Shown: positions 9,340 to 17,530 of the stretch, one piece after another
Position numbering within the stretch: the first letter of the stretch is position 1
Layout of the letters: every line of letters starts with the position of its first letter
NCBI GenBank assembly: GCA_023431285.1
Contig: JAEYXN010000314.1
Coordinates: 309 to 64,308, forward strand
Source of the DNA: Bacteroidota bacterium
GTDB lineage: Bacteria > Bacteroidota > Bacteroidia > Cytophagales > Cyclobacteriaceae
DNA: 64,000 nt
Direction: 5' to 3'
Position numbers and translations under genes: made by a program
Notes under the pieces: model-generated
Told to the model about the DNA's origin: nothing
Seen by the model: only the letters and a program-made list of their open reading frames with translations
The model's database searches: none

Positions 9340-9355
9340 CGCCAAGGGATCAGTT

Positions 9356-9544
9356 CTAAGCCGACCTCTTGAAGAATGACGGGTGAAAGTTCTTCTCTGC
9401 CCATGTTTTGAGGTCATCAACCTCAGGTCCGGAGAGCCACTTACGGCTCTTTTCGAATTCTTTTCTGAAAAGTGCTTTGTTAAAGCTAAGTTTTGTTAGA
9501 ACTGTCTTGCAATAGTCAAGCATACTTCTCTTTCCCATCTTCAT
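9356..9544 (-). CDS. small hypothetical protein (62 aa)
   Basis: Clean ORF (MKMGKRSMLDYCKTVLTKLSFNKALFRKEFEKSRKWL...) followed by a hairpin. It resembles small conserved Bacteroidota hypotheticals from memory only. Confidence 0.4.
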   Translation of the reverse strand: MKMGKRSMLDYCKTVLTKLSFNKALFRKEFEKSRKWLSGPEVDDLKTWAEKNFHPSFFKRSA

Positions 9545-9740
9545 TTTCCTTTCTTTTTAAGTTGGTCTTTAAACGCGCTTTCCTCAAAATCCGAGCCGGG
9601 AAAACGTTTGCGGAAAGTTGTGCCATTCAGTCATAATTTGCAAGAAGACGCCGGGATTTTCACAATAGTTAATAAGATTTTAATGGGTAGAAATGGATCA
9701 CTGAGGCAAGACGCCCCGGGGGCGCGCCGAGTCCATTCCA

Positions 9741-9955
9741 GGATGCAAGGGTGTGCGGCGGAAAGGAACGAAATGGTCGCCGGTCAGCCAGGCGGCCAGA
9801 CAGCCAGTTAAAGAATGCGCGGCGGATCCCTTTAGGGATGCAAGGGTGTGCGGCGGAAAGGAACAAAATGGTCAGCCGGTCAGCCTGGCGGCCAGACAGC
9901 CGGTTAAAGAATGCGCGGCGGATCCCTTTAGGGATGCAAGGGTGTGCGGCGGAAG
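9741..9955. repeat. tandem direct repeat of 95/96 nt, 2.25 copies
   Basis: Unit 1 (9741-9835) and unit 2 (9836-9931) both run GGATGCAAGGGTGTGCGGCGGAAAGGAAC...GTTAAAGAATGCGCGGCGGATCCCTTTAG. They differ by a few substitutions and a 1-nt indel. A third, partial copy spans 9932-9955. Confidence 0.9.
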
Positions 9956-9977
9956 GAAATCAGGGTCTAACTACAGG

Positions 9978-10062
9978 GGCGCGTCCCTGCGGGCCGGGCT
10001 CCGTTTCAAGTCCTCGCCCCACACACTTCCCTTCGCTACTGCACTTCCATCCCTCGCGCGGG
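9978..10062. repeat. GC-rich intergenic element, copy 1 (partner at 27946-28041)
   Basis: GGCGCGTCCCTGCGGGCCGGGCT...CAAGTCCTCGC...ACTTCCATCCCTCGCGCGGG. Both ends and the core are shared with the copy at 27946-28041. Confidence 0.85.
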
Positions 10063-10343
10063 TTCCATCTTCGAAAATCGTACCCGCTGGTCCACCATAA
10101 TCAGCGGCTGAACCCATCGCCCATTGATAACGGGATTGAGGGTCTTCACAATGGGATGGATTAGACTGCTACACGCCCGGTAAAAAACCGAAGAGCACTG
10201 CAAGAAATTCAGCTGCCTGACTGGGACCTAAAGGGGTGGACCAGATTCCCTCGGAATCCGGTTCCCTAATATTGGACGTTCCTATTCTGCATTTTCACCT
10301 ACCCGACTACAATGCTCCTCCACCCAAAAACGAATTCACCGGG

Positions 10344-10453
10344 GGGTTGTCCCCCTGTTGTCCCCCTACTCTGTGCCAGTTCAATACCCCCTATAGGGCA
10401 AGTCAACAGGGAGTGGACAGGCCGACAACAGGCCGACAACAGGGGGACAACCC
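10344..10453. repeat. 110-bp element with perfect 18-bp terminal inverted repeats (MITE-like or REP-like), copy A
   Basis: GGGTTGTCCCCCTGTTGT (10344-10361) is the exact reverse complement of ACAACAGGGGGACAACCC (10436-10453). A second 110-bp copy lies at 52620-52729. Confidence 0.8.
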
Positions 10454-10589
10454 TACCGTTGCATTGCCTTTGCGTTACGCTAATCTACCGTAACATACCA
10501 GAAAAAGTGCAATTAGCCTACGTACTATATAGCGCGATTTTACACCGTCCGGCGATTACTTTTTGGGTAATTTAGGGATTCATTCACCC

Positions 10590-13500
10590 ATGCGTCCCCG
10601 ATCTAAAGTTAAGCGCCAGTTCATGCAACGATCTCTTTTCCTTATCCTGTTTTGTGTGGGATTACACAATGTTTCTGCCCAAAACAAGGATACCGCCAAT
10701 GTCGCAGTAACTAATTACAAGCTCGTTCCCGGCACCTACAGCTGGAGAGGCGATGGCCAGTTCCATGACATGACTTCCTGGGACTCCTCCCCTTACCTGC
10801 AAGGACACCTTCGGCAGGGTACGCAGTTCCGGATGAATTACAGGCTTTTGCTGCCCTCAGGCCACAATCCGTCTTACCATCCAGGATACCCGCTGATCGT
10901 GATGCTTCATGGCGCCGGGGAGCGAGGAAATTGCTGGGTAGACAATTGTTACTGCCCCGACCCGGCAGCATGTAATCCTAACGGCACCCCCGATCCCGGC
11001 ACAGATCCCCGGTTTCTGAACAACGATCACAATCTCGTTCACGGAGGATCCCCTCATCTCAGCGCCAGAAACCGCGCCGGCACTAAGTTGCCAGATGATC
11101 CGACTCTCGCTTCCAACGCTTTTCCAGGGTTCGTGCTGTTTCCTCAGAATACCAATCAATGGAGAAACACCGCCAACCCGGCGGGCTCCGATGTCAGCAA
11201 CGTCATCAGGATCGTTCGACTCCTCTCCCGTCAGTACAACATCGACCAGGACAGGATTTATATCCACGGACTCTCCATGGGAGCGCAGGCACTGCTGGAA
11301 GCACTGAATTATGCAGACTGGCTCTTCGCCGCGGCGGCCCCAATGTCACCAATCAATTTTTCCCAGTCACTGGAGTACGATAGCGTGCGCAATATTCCCT
11401 TTTGGATTTTTCAGGGCGGTCAGGACCTAAATCCCAAGCCCGCTGAAACTGAAGGAATGATCAGGAATCTAAGAGAGAAAGGCGCCAGCGTTCGATACTC
11501 CCTGTATCCGAATCTCGGTCACGGGACATGGAACACGGCTTATGCTGAACCAGACTTCTTCAGCTGGTTCCTGTCAAAGAATAAATCCAACATTCACGTC
11601 GACTATGGCAAGCCGAATGTCTGCGGTACCACCGGCGAAGGCGCGACGCTTGTGCTGCCTCAGGGCTTTCCCGCGTATCAATGGGAACGCGACGGGGTGA
11701 TCATCACGGGCGCAACGTCTTACATATACGTCGCCACCTCGCCCGGCGTATATCGCGCACGTTATAGCCGATTATCGGCGACGCCTGACCCCAGCCAATG
11801 GAACCGGTGGTCCGATCCGGTGACCGTGGGTGAGAAGTCACCGGAAGCGCCGATCATTGAGCAACTCGGAACCAATGTTCTCTCCGATCTCAATCTCGGC
11901 AGTGTCGCGTACCTGAAAGTGCCAGAAGGATTTGAAACCTACCGATGGTTTCAGAACGGATCGACACCACAAAAGCCATTGGTGCAATCCACAGAAGATC
12001 CATCGATCTTTATGCATACGGGTTGTACCGGAGGCGGTCCTTGCGTGCACTCAGGACAGTACACACTAATCACCGAAGGATATGACAAGTGTCCATCTCT
12101 CCCATCGGAACCGGTGACGATTCTTTTCGGAACGCACAACACCGTCACTGTTCCGCCGGCCATCACGGGAACTCCGAATAACTTTACTTTTGATATCATC
12201 TCTCCTACCAGCGTTCTGCTGAAATGGACGGATAATTCTACCAATGAAAGAGAGTTCGAGATCTGGCGTCGCAAGCTGCTCAACGTCCCTGGCGAAGATT
12301 TCAACAAGGGTTGGGTGATGGCGACGATCACCAAAGAGGATGTTACCATGTTCCTGGATACTGGCGTTGAACCGGCGTCTACCTACTACTATAAGATCCG
12401 CGCGGTCAACAACTCGGGACGATCAAATTATTTTCCGGGTAACACTCAGGGCAATGTCAACCAGAATCGTGTGGTCACCACTCCTGGCGAACTCATTCCA
12501 CCAACCCCACCCGGGAACGTCATTGCCACCACCGTCGCTCCCGGGTCTGTTCGCGTGACGTGGGAGACTTCATCGGACAACGCGGGAGTCAAAGCCTATT
12601 ACATCTACTTTGACGGTGACTCCATTTCTGTTCCAGGCGACGCCGGGACTTATACACTATCTTCGTTGCCGCTTAACAGAGAGATCAATTTCACAGTGAA
12701 AGCAATGGACGCGGCGGGTAATCTTTCAGCCGCGAGTAATCCTTCCAACGCGCATACTTTCGTTTCTGGTCTGTACTACAAACACAGCACGGGGTCCTGG
12801 AGCACGATGGCTCAGATGGCGGACACCTGGGTGGATCCGGAGTTCACGGGATGGGTATCCACATTCTCCCTGCAGGAAAGAACGCAGGAGGATTACTTCA
12901 ACTTCGAATTCACGGGATTCCTCCACATCACAACGCCTGGCCTATATGCATTCCGTACAACCTCAGACGATGGTAGTCAGTTATTCCTCGATAATAATCT
13001 GATCGTCAATAATGATGGATTGCATGGAAACGTGACGGTGACCAGTGCCGATCAGAATCTTTCTGCTGGCGCCGTCCCTGTTATGGTCCGGTACTTTGAA
13101 GGAACAGGAGGCCAGACATTGACTGTGCAATATCGCGGGCCCGACACCGGAAACACTTGGGTAAACGTCGCCGCATCCGCATTAAAAAGCGGTACTCCTC
13201 CGCCATTGCCCATCCCGCCGGCGACACCTTCAAACCTGATCGCCACCGCCTCGTCGATGAGTAGCATTGGATTGACCTGGACCTATGATCAGCAACACAT
13301 CGTTGTACTGGGCTCTTCCACCGCTGCAGGAACAGGGGCCTCTTCCCCTGAAAGCAGCTGGGTGAACAAATTCTCCAGCTGGCTCACGACAAATACAACG
13401 GGTGTGGTAGTCACAAACCTTGCATTAGGGGGATTCGACACTGAAGATGTTCTCCCAACTGGCGATCCACAGCGCAACATCACAAAGGCGCTTAGCTTAT

Positions 13501-16500
13501 CACCTGATATAATTATTGTCAACCTCCCCTCCAACGACGTTGCCAATGGTATCCCCGTTTCTACAACAATGTCGAACTTACAGACATTGAAGTCCCTGGC
13601 CACCGCGCAAGGTGTACGCATCTTCTTCACCACAACACAGCCCAGAAATTTCGGATCGCTTACCAATCGCGAGATGCTTCAGCAAACCGCGACACAGATC
13701 AAGGATGCTTTTGGCGCTTACGCCATAAACATTTTTGACGAGCTGGTGAATACCGTTGACCTTACCATCAAAGCTTCCTATAACTTCGACGGCATACATG
13801 TGAATGACGGAGGACATGATTATATTTTCAACGCGATCAAGAAACGCGTCCTTCCCTACCTGATAAGTTTTGAAGTTCAGAGAAGCGTTACCGAGGAAGG
13901 TCCATACTCTTCCATCGCGAGAACCAGCTCAGGAACTTACGCCGATACGGATCTTGCTCCTGACAAGACTTACTATTACCGTCTGCGTGCCACTACTATC
14001 GATACTGTTTCACAATTTACGGCAGCCGTTCATGCAACCACTTTATCCGACAGCGAAAGTCCGACTGCTCCAGGTACACCGGTCCTGCATCGTTCAGGTT
14101 ATGCGACAATCTCCATCACGTGGCCTGCATCGACTGACAACGATGGAATAGCAGTTTATGAAATCTATGCCAACGGTGTACCCATCGGCACTTCAGAGAT
14201 CAATGCATTCCAGGCAACGGATCTCATGCCTGAAACGACCTATATATTCACTGTCGTTGCTGTCGACAAGAGCGGGAATAAGTCTTCCGCATCTTCAGGT
14301 TTGTCTATCCAGACTTCAGCGGGAACACAATTCTTTACCCAGGCGGGAGCAACCCAGTTAAACAACCTTGCATCATGGAGAACGCAGGGCGGCATTGTTC
14401 CTACCTCTTTCAGTGACAATGGCCAGGTATTCGTGATCCGTCATAATCTTCCCATAGGCGGACCATGGACAGTAGAAGGTGTCGCATCGAAGGTCGTGGT
14501 CGATAATGGAAGTACACTCACAATCTCGAACGAGTTAATTGACGCTACGATTGATATTGCAGGGGACGGAATACTTAACCTCACGGGAAGCGTTGTACCA
14601 AAGCTTGGAACACTCTCAGCCACCAGTACCGTAAACCATGGACCTACAACAGTCAGAAGAGTCGCATATGGTAACCTTAACCTGACAGCTACGGACGCAG
14701 TTTTCAACTTTGCGGATGGAGAAACTGAGGTAAAGGGCAACCTTACAACAGCATCCGGTGTATCATTGCAGGGCGCGGCATCCAATACATCAATCATCGC
14801 ACTGGATGGAAACCTGATCGTACCCGGAAACTCTCCCGGAGTATCGGGAAGTGTAGCGGTAGCGTTGCATCTCAGGAGAAACGGTAACCAGACAATGACG
14901 CTGGGGGCTGACCCGCGATTCTTTGAGATCAGAAAGACCGGAACAGGCAGTATCATTGTTGCCAACAGCGGCGCACCGTTCGTTCTGAACGTCGGCTCTT
15001 CTATGGGAGGCGGACTATCCATTGGAAATGGTACAGTCCTCCATCTTGGCAACAACAGTTTGCGTATTCGCGGAGCAGGAACGATCAATACAGCAGGTGA
15101 AAACGGAAGCCTGGGGTTTACAGGTGGAAACCTTTCCATTGAATCAACTTCATCGCAGGACCACCACCTTCATTTCCACGCGACGAATAATACGATTAAG
15201 AGACTTGACTCACAAAGCAGCGCGCATGTATTTGTTCACACTCCCGTTAAGGTGACGGATGCACTCAAAGTGACCAATGGACAATTGCATTCAGATGGGA
15301 ACATCATTACCGGATCAACGGCAGTGCGAACTGCAAATGTGGAAGCGCTTGAACACGGCGCATCGATTTCCGGTGATGTTAAAGTACAACGACACATCAG
15401 TGAAACTAACGGAGCACGGCGATACCTCAGTGCTTCGGTTGACGGAACTACGGTTAGTAATCTGCAGTTTTACTTCCCGGTAAGAGGATCATTCACCGGC
15501 GCATCTTCAGGTTCCACCACGCCAACCATGTTCGTCTTCGACGATCCGGATCTTATAGCCTATCCTCAGAGCACTAATCTCCCTCCGTATAACAACTTGA
15601 ACGCGCCGCTTGAACGGGGAAGAGGTTACGTAGCTGAAATCCATAACTCAGGGGGTATCGTAATGGAAACAACAGGTCCGCTCTATCAGGGTAATGTCAC
15701 TCTGCCACTCTCCACGGCTGCCAACACTGGCGAAGGAGTTCTAAGCCTGGGGGGCAATCCCTATGCATCAGCGATCAAGTGGAATACTGGTGACTGGACC
15801 GCGGCAGGAATACACAGTATCGCGGCCGTTGTTAGAAATACAGACAACGGTTACCAATACGAATATTTTGATTCCCGCAGTTCCATTGGTACTGCCTTGA
15901 CCGGTGATTTTAAGAACGGTGTCATTCAGTCCGGACAAGCATTCTGGATCCGGTCAATATCTTCATCACCGTCTCTGATCATCCACGAAAGTGCGAAGGT
16001 GAGAGAGGATGATAATCTTAACCCCGTCACACCTGGTCATTTGCGTCTCGTCCTCTCAGGGGGTACTCGTAAGGACGTCGCTGCCATAGTGATATCCGCT
16101 ACCGCTTCCGATGAATTCGAAAGGGACCGTGATGGTGTCAAAATCAAGAACAACGGGATGTTTAATTTATCTTCTCTGACCAGTGATAACGTGAGCGTCG
16201 CGATCAACCATATCGGGGATGAATTCTGTGCAAGAGAGATTGGCCTCGACATCACTGACGCATCACCGGGAACGTATAGCCTTTCCGTAGACGACGTTAG
16301 TAAGCTGTCAGCCATCGAATCCGTCAATCTTATCGACAACTTTTCGAACACGACTTTCGACCTTTCGAATGGAGGAGTCTATCACTTTTCCATCACAGCC
16401 GATCCTCTCTCAAGTGGCGCCTCAAGGTTTGATCTCATTTTGTCACGCTCGTCAATTGATCTTTCAATAGTTTCCGAGGTGATCGCGCCATGTGGTTCTC

Positions 16501-17450
16501 CTGCAACCATTCGTCTGAAAAACACTCAGCCTGGGGCGACCTACGGCATCTATAGTGCAACAGGTGTTGAGATTGCTTCGATGGAAGATAGTCCCGGAGG
16601 CGATCTTGACTTCGTAATTCCTTTCGCTAATCTCCAGAATGGAATGAACAGTTTCGTGGCAAAGGCTTCCCTTCCGGGATGTTCATCCGCGGAGCTGCCG
16701 CAGAATGTGAGCTTTGAATATTATCATGCGCCAGTGGTCACGGCTTCAGATGTCACTGTTTGCTCCGGTGAGACCGCTACTCTCTCCGTCGCAAGTTCAT
16801 CGACAAACGTAACATATGAATGGTACCTCGACGGAGTGCCTGTCGAGGGAATCACCGGTGCTTCATTGATGACCTCATCAGTAACTGAAGAATTGTACTA
16901 CAGCGTAGTTGCTTTCCAACCTAATGGATGCAAAGGCCCAGAAGCCTTCGTCGTCGTTTCTCCTTTGGCGATTGAGGAACCTGTAATCTCACAGAACGGT
17001 GATCTGATCACAGTGAACATACCAAATGCGCACTACGAATGGTTCCGCAACGGCGTATCCGTCGGCTCCACCACGGTACCTTCATTCGACTTCAACGGCG
17101 GAGGCGCGTATAGCGTCACCGTGAGCCTGGGAGGATGTTCAAGAACTTCCGGAGAGTTCATTGTGACAGGGATCAGTGGTGAAGCTAACGCTGAGTTCAG
17201 GGCTGCGGTTTATCCAAATCCTGTCGTCGGAGGAGCATTCTATCTGAGATTTACCTCTGTAAGCCAGAAAGACGTTTCGGTCACTATTATTGATATCGCT
17301 GGCAGAAAAGTGACATCAGGACAATACACCTCTTCCCGATGGAGCGCACCTATTGCATTCAATGAAGAAAACCAGACCGCACCTGGCGTTTACTTCATCA
17401 ATGTTGTTCAGGATGGAAAAAGAAAGATCTTGAAGTTGGTGATAGAGTAG
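10590..17450 (+). CDS. giant T9SS-secreted multidomain protein: alpha/beta-hydrolase esterase + Fn3 + PA14 + SGNH/GDSL hydrolase + Fn3 + beta-helix-like region + Ig-like repeats + Por C-terminal sorting domain
   Basis: The ORF is open from 10563. Likely starts are 10590 (MRPRSK...) or 10623 (MQRSLFLILFCVGLHNVSAQ signal peptide). Esterase motifs are VMLHGAGERG, GLSMGAQ (11268-11288) and LGHGTW. The PA14-like segment is YFNFEFTGFLHITTPGLYAFRTTSDDGSQLFLDN...VRYFEGTGGQ (about 12771-13170). SGNH blocks are VVLGSSTAAGTG, GGFDT, PSNDV and DGIHVNDGGH (about 13290-13860). Several Fn3-like units are present (LKWTDNSTNE..., VTWETSSDNAGV..., ITWPASTDNDGI...). The C-terminus YPNPVVGGAFYL...GVYFINVVQDGKRKILKLVIE is a T9SS sorting domain. 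Confidence 0.9.
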   Translation: MRPRSKVKRQFMQRSLFLILFCVGLHNVSAQNKDTANVAVTNYKLVPGTYSWRGDGQFHDMTSWDSSPYLQGHLRQGTQFRMNYRLLLPSGHNPSYHPGYPLIVMLHGAGERGNCWVDNCYCPDPAACNPNGTPDPGTDPRFLNNDHNLVHGGSPHLSARNRAGTKLPDDPTLASNAFPGFVLFPQNTNQWRNTANPAGSDVSNVIRIVRLLSRQYNIDQDRIYIHGLSMGAQALLEALNYADWLFAAAAPMSPINFSQSLEYDSVRNIPFWIFQGGQDLNPKPAETEGMIRNLREKGASVRYSLYPNLGHGTWNTAYAEPDFFSWFLSKNKSNIHVDYGKPNVCGTTGEGATLVLPQGFPAYQWERDGVIITGATSYIYVATSPGVYRARYSRLSATPDPSQWNRWSDPVTVGEKSPEAPIIEQLGTNVLSDLNLGSVAYLKVPEGFETYRWFQNGSTPQKPLVQSTEDPSIFMHTGCTGGGPCVHSGQYTLITEGYDKCPSLPSEPVTILFGTHNTVTVPPAITGTPNNFTFDIISPTSVLLKWTDNSTNEREFEIWRRKLLNVPGEDFNKGWVMATITKEDVTMFLDTGVEPASTYYYKIRAVNNSGRSNYFPGNTQGNVNQNRVVTTPGELIPPTPPGNVIATTVAPGSVRVTWETSSDNAGVKAYYIYFDGDSISVPGDAGTYTLSSLPLNREINFTVKAMDAAGNLSAASNPSNAHTFVSGLYYKHSTGSWSTMAQMADTWVDPEFTGWVSTFSLQERTQEDYFNFEFTGFLHITTPGLYAFRTTSDDGSQLFLDNNLIVNNDGLHGNVTVTSADQNLSAGAVPVMVRYFEGTGGQTLTVQYRGPDTGNTWVNVAASALKSGTPPPLPIPPATPSNLIATASSMSSIGLTWTYDQQHIVVLGSSTAAGTGASSPESSWVNKFSSWLTTNTTGVVVTNLALGGFDTEDVLPTGDPQRNITKALSLSPDIIIVNLPSNDVANGIPVSTTMSNLQTLKSLATAQGVRIFFTTTQPRNFGSLTNREMLQQTATQIKDAFGAYAINIFDELVNTVDLTIKASYNFDGIHVNDGGHDYIFNAIKKRVLPYLISFEVQRSVTEEGPYSSIARTSSGTYADTDLAPDKTYYYRLRATTIDTVSQFTAAVHATTLSDSESPTAPGTPVLHRSGYATISITWPASTDNDGIAVYEIYANGVPIGTSEINAFQATDLMPETTYIFTVVAVDKSGNKSSASSGLSIQTSAGTQFFTQAGATQLNNLASWRTQGGIVPTSFSDNGQVFVIRHNLPIGGPWTVEGVASKVVVDNGSTLTISNELIDATIDIAGDGILNLTGSVVPKLGTLSATSTVNHGPTTVRRVAYGNLNLTATDAVFNFADGETEVKGNLTTASGVSLQGAASNTSIIALDGNLIVPGNSPGVSGSVAVALHLRRNGNQTMTLGADPRFFEIRKTGTGSIIVANSGAPFVLNVGSSMGGGLSIGNGTVLHLGNNSLRIRGAGTINTAGENGSLGFTGGNLSIESTSSQDHHLHFHATNNTIKRLDSQSSAHVFVHTPVKVTDALKVTNGQLHSDGNIITGSTAVRTANVEALEHGASISGDVKVQRHISETNGARRYLSASVDGTTVSNLQFYFPVRGSFTGASSGSTTPTMFVFDDPDLIAYPQSTNLPPYNNLNAPLERGRGYVAEIHNSGGIVMETTGPLYQGNVTLPLSTAANTGEGVLSLGGNPYASAIKWNTGDWTAAGIHSIAAVVRNTDNGYQYEYFDSRSSIGTALTGDFKNGVIQSGQAFWIRSISSSPSLIIHESAKVREDDNLNPVTPGHLRLVLSGGTRKDVAAIVISATASDEFERDRDGVKIKNNGMFNLSSLTSDNVSVAINHIGDEFCAREIGLDITDASPGTYSLSVDDVSKLSAIESVNLIDNFSNTTFDLSNGGVYHFSITADPLSSGASRFDLILSRSSIDLSIVSEVIAPCGSPATIRLKNTQPGATYGIYSATGVEIASMEDSPGGDLDFVIPFANLQNGMNSFVAKASLPGCSSAELPQNVSFEYYHAPVVTASDVTVCSGETATLSVASSSTNVTYEWYLDGVPVEGITGASLMTSSVTEELYYSVVAFQPNGCKGPEAFVVVSPLAIEEPVISQNGDLITVNIPNAHYEWFRNGVSVGSTTVPSFDFNGGGAYSVTVSLGGCSRTSGEFIVTGISGEANAEFRAAVYPNPVVGGAFYLRFTSVSQKDVSVTIIDIAGRKVTSGQYTSSRWSAPIAFNEENQTAPGVYFINVVQDGKRKILKLVIE

Positions 17451-17499
17451 CCGTTGAATGTGGTGATACTTTCGTAAGCAACAACCACATTGAACGGCT
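17449..17499. terminator. 16-bp-stem hairpin between convergent genes (candidate bidirectional terminator)
   Basis: AGCCGTTGAATGTGGT (17449-17464) pairs with ACCACATTGAACGGCT (17484-17499) with one mismatch. It lies between the giant gene's stop (17450) and the esterase gene's stop (17531). Confidence 0.5.
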
Positions 17500-17530
17500 A
17501 CATTGATTTCATCAGATTGATATCGTGATA

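Noticed and set aside
9751-10164. 137-aa and 115-aa ORFs (9751..10164 and 9753..10100) in the gene-free gap.
   Set aside because: They lie entirely within the 95/96-nt tandem repeat and the GC-rich element. The repeated peptide segments mirror the DNA repeats, and no start context or family resemblance is seen.
10236-10575. 85-aa and 87-aa ORFs across TIR element copy A, and similar ORFs at 52514..52747 and 52679..52909 across copy B.
   Set aside because: They read through the inverted-repeat arms on opposite strands in the two copies. This indicates DNA- or RNA-level conservation rather than coding.
14441-15139. 232-aa minus-strand ORF inside the giant T9SS gene.
   Set aside because: It is an antisense shadow ORF. 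The sense frame is continuous for 6.9 kb with recognisable domains.
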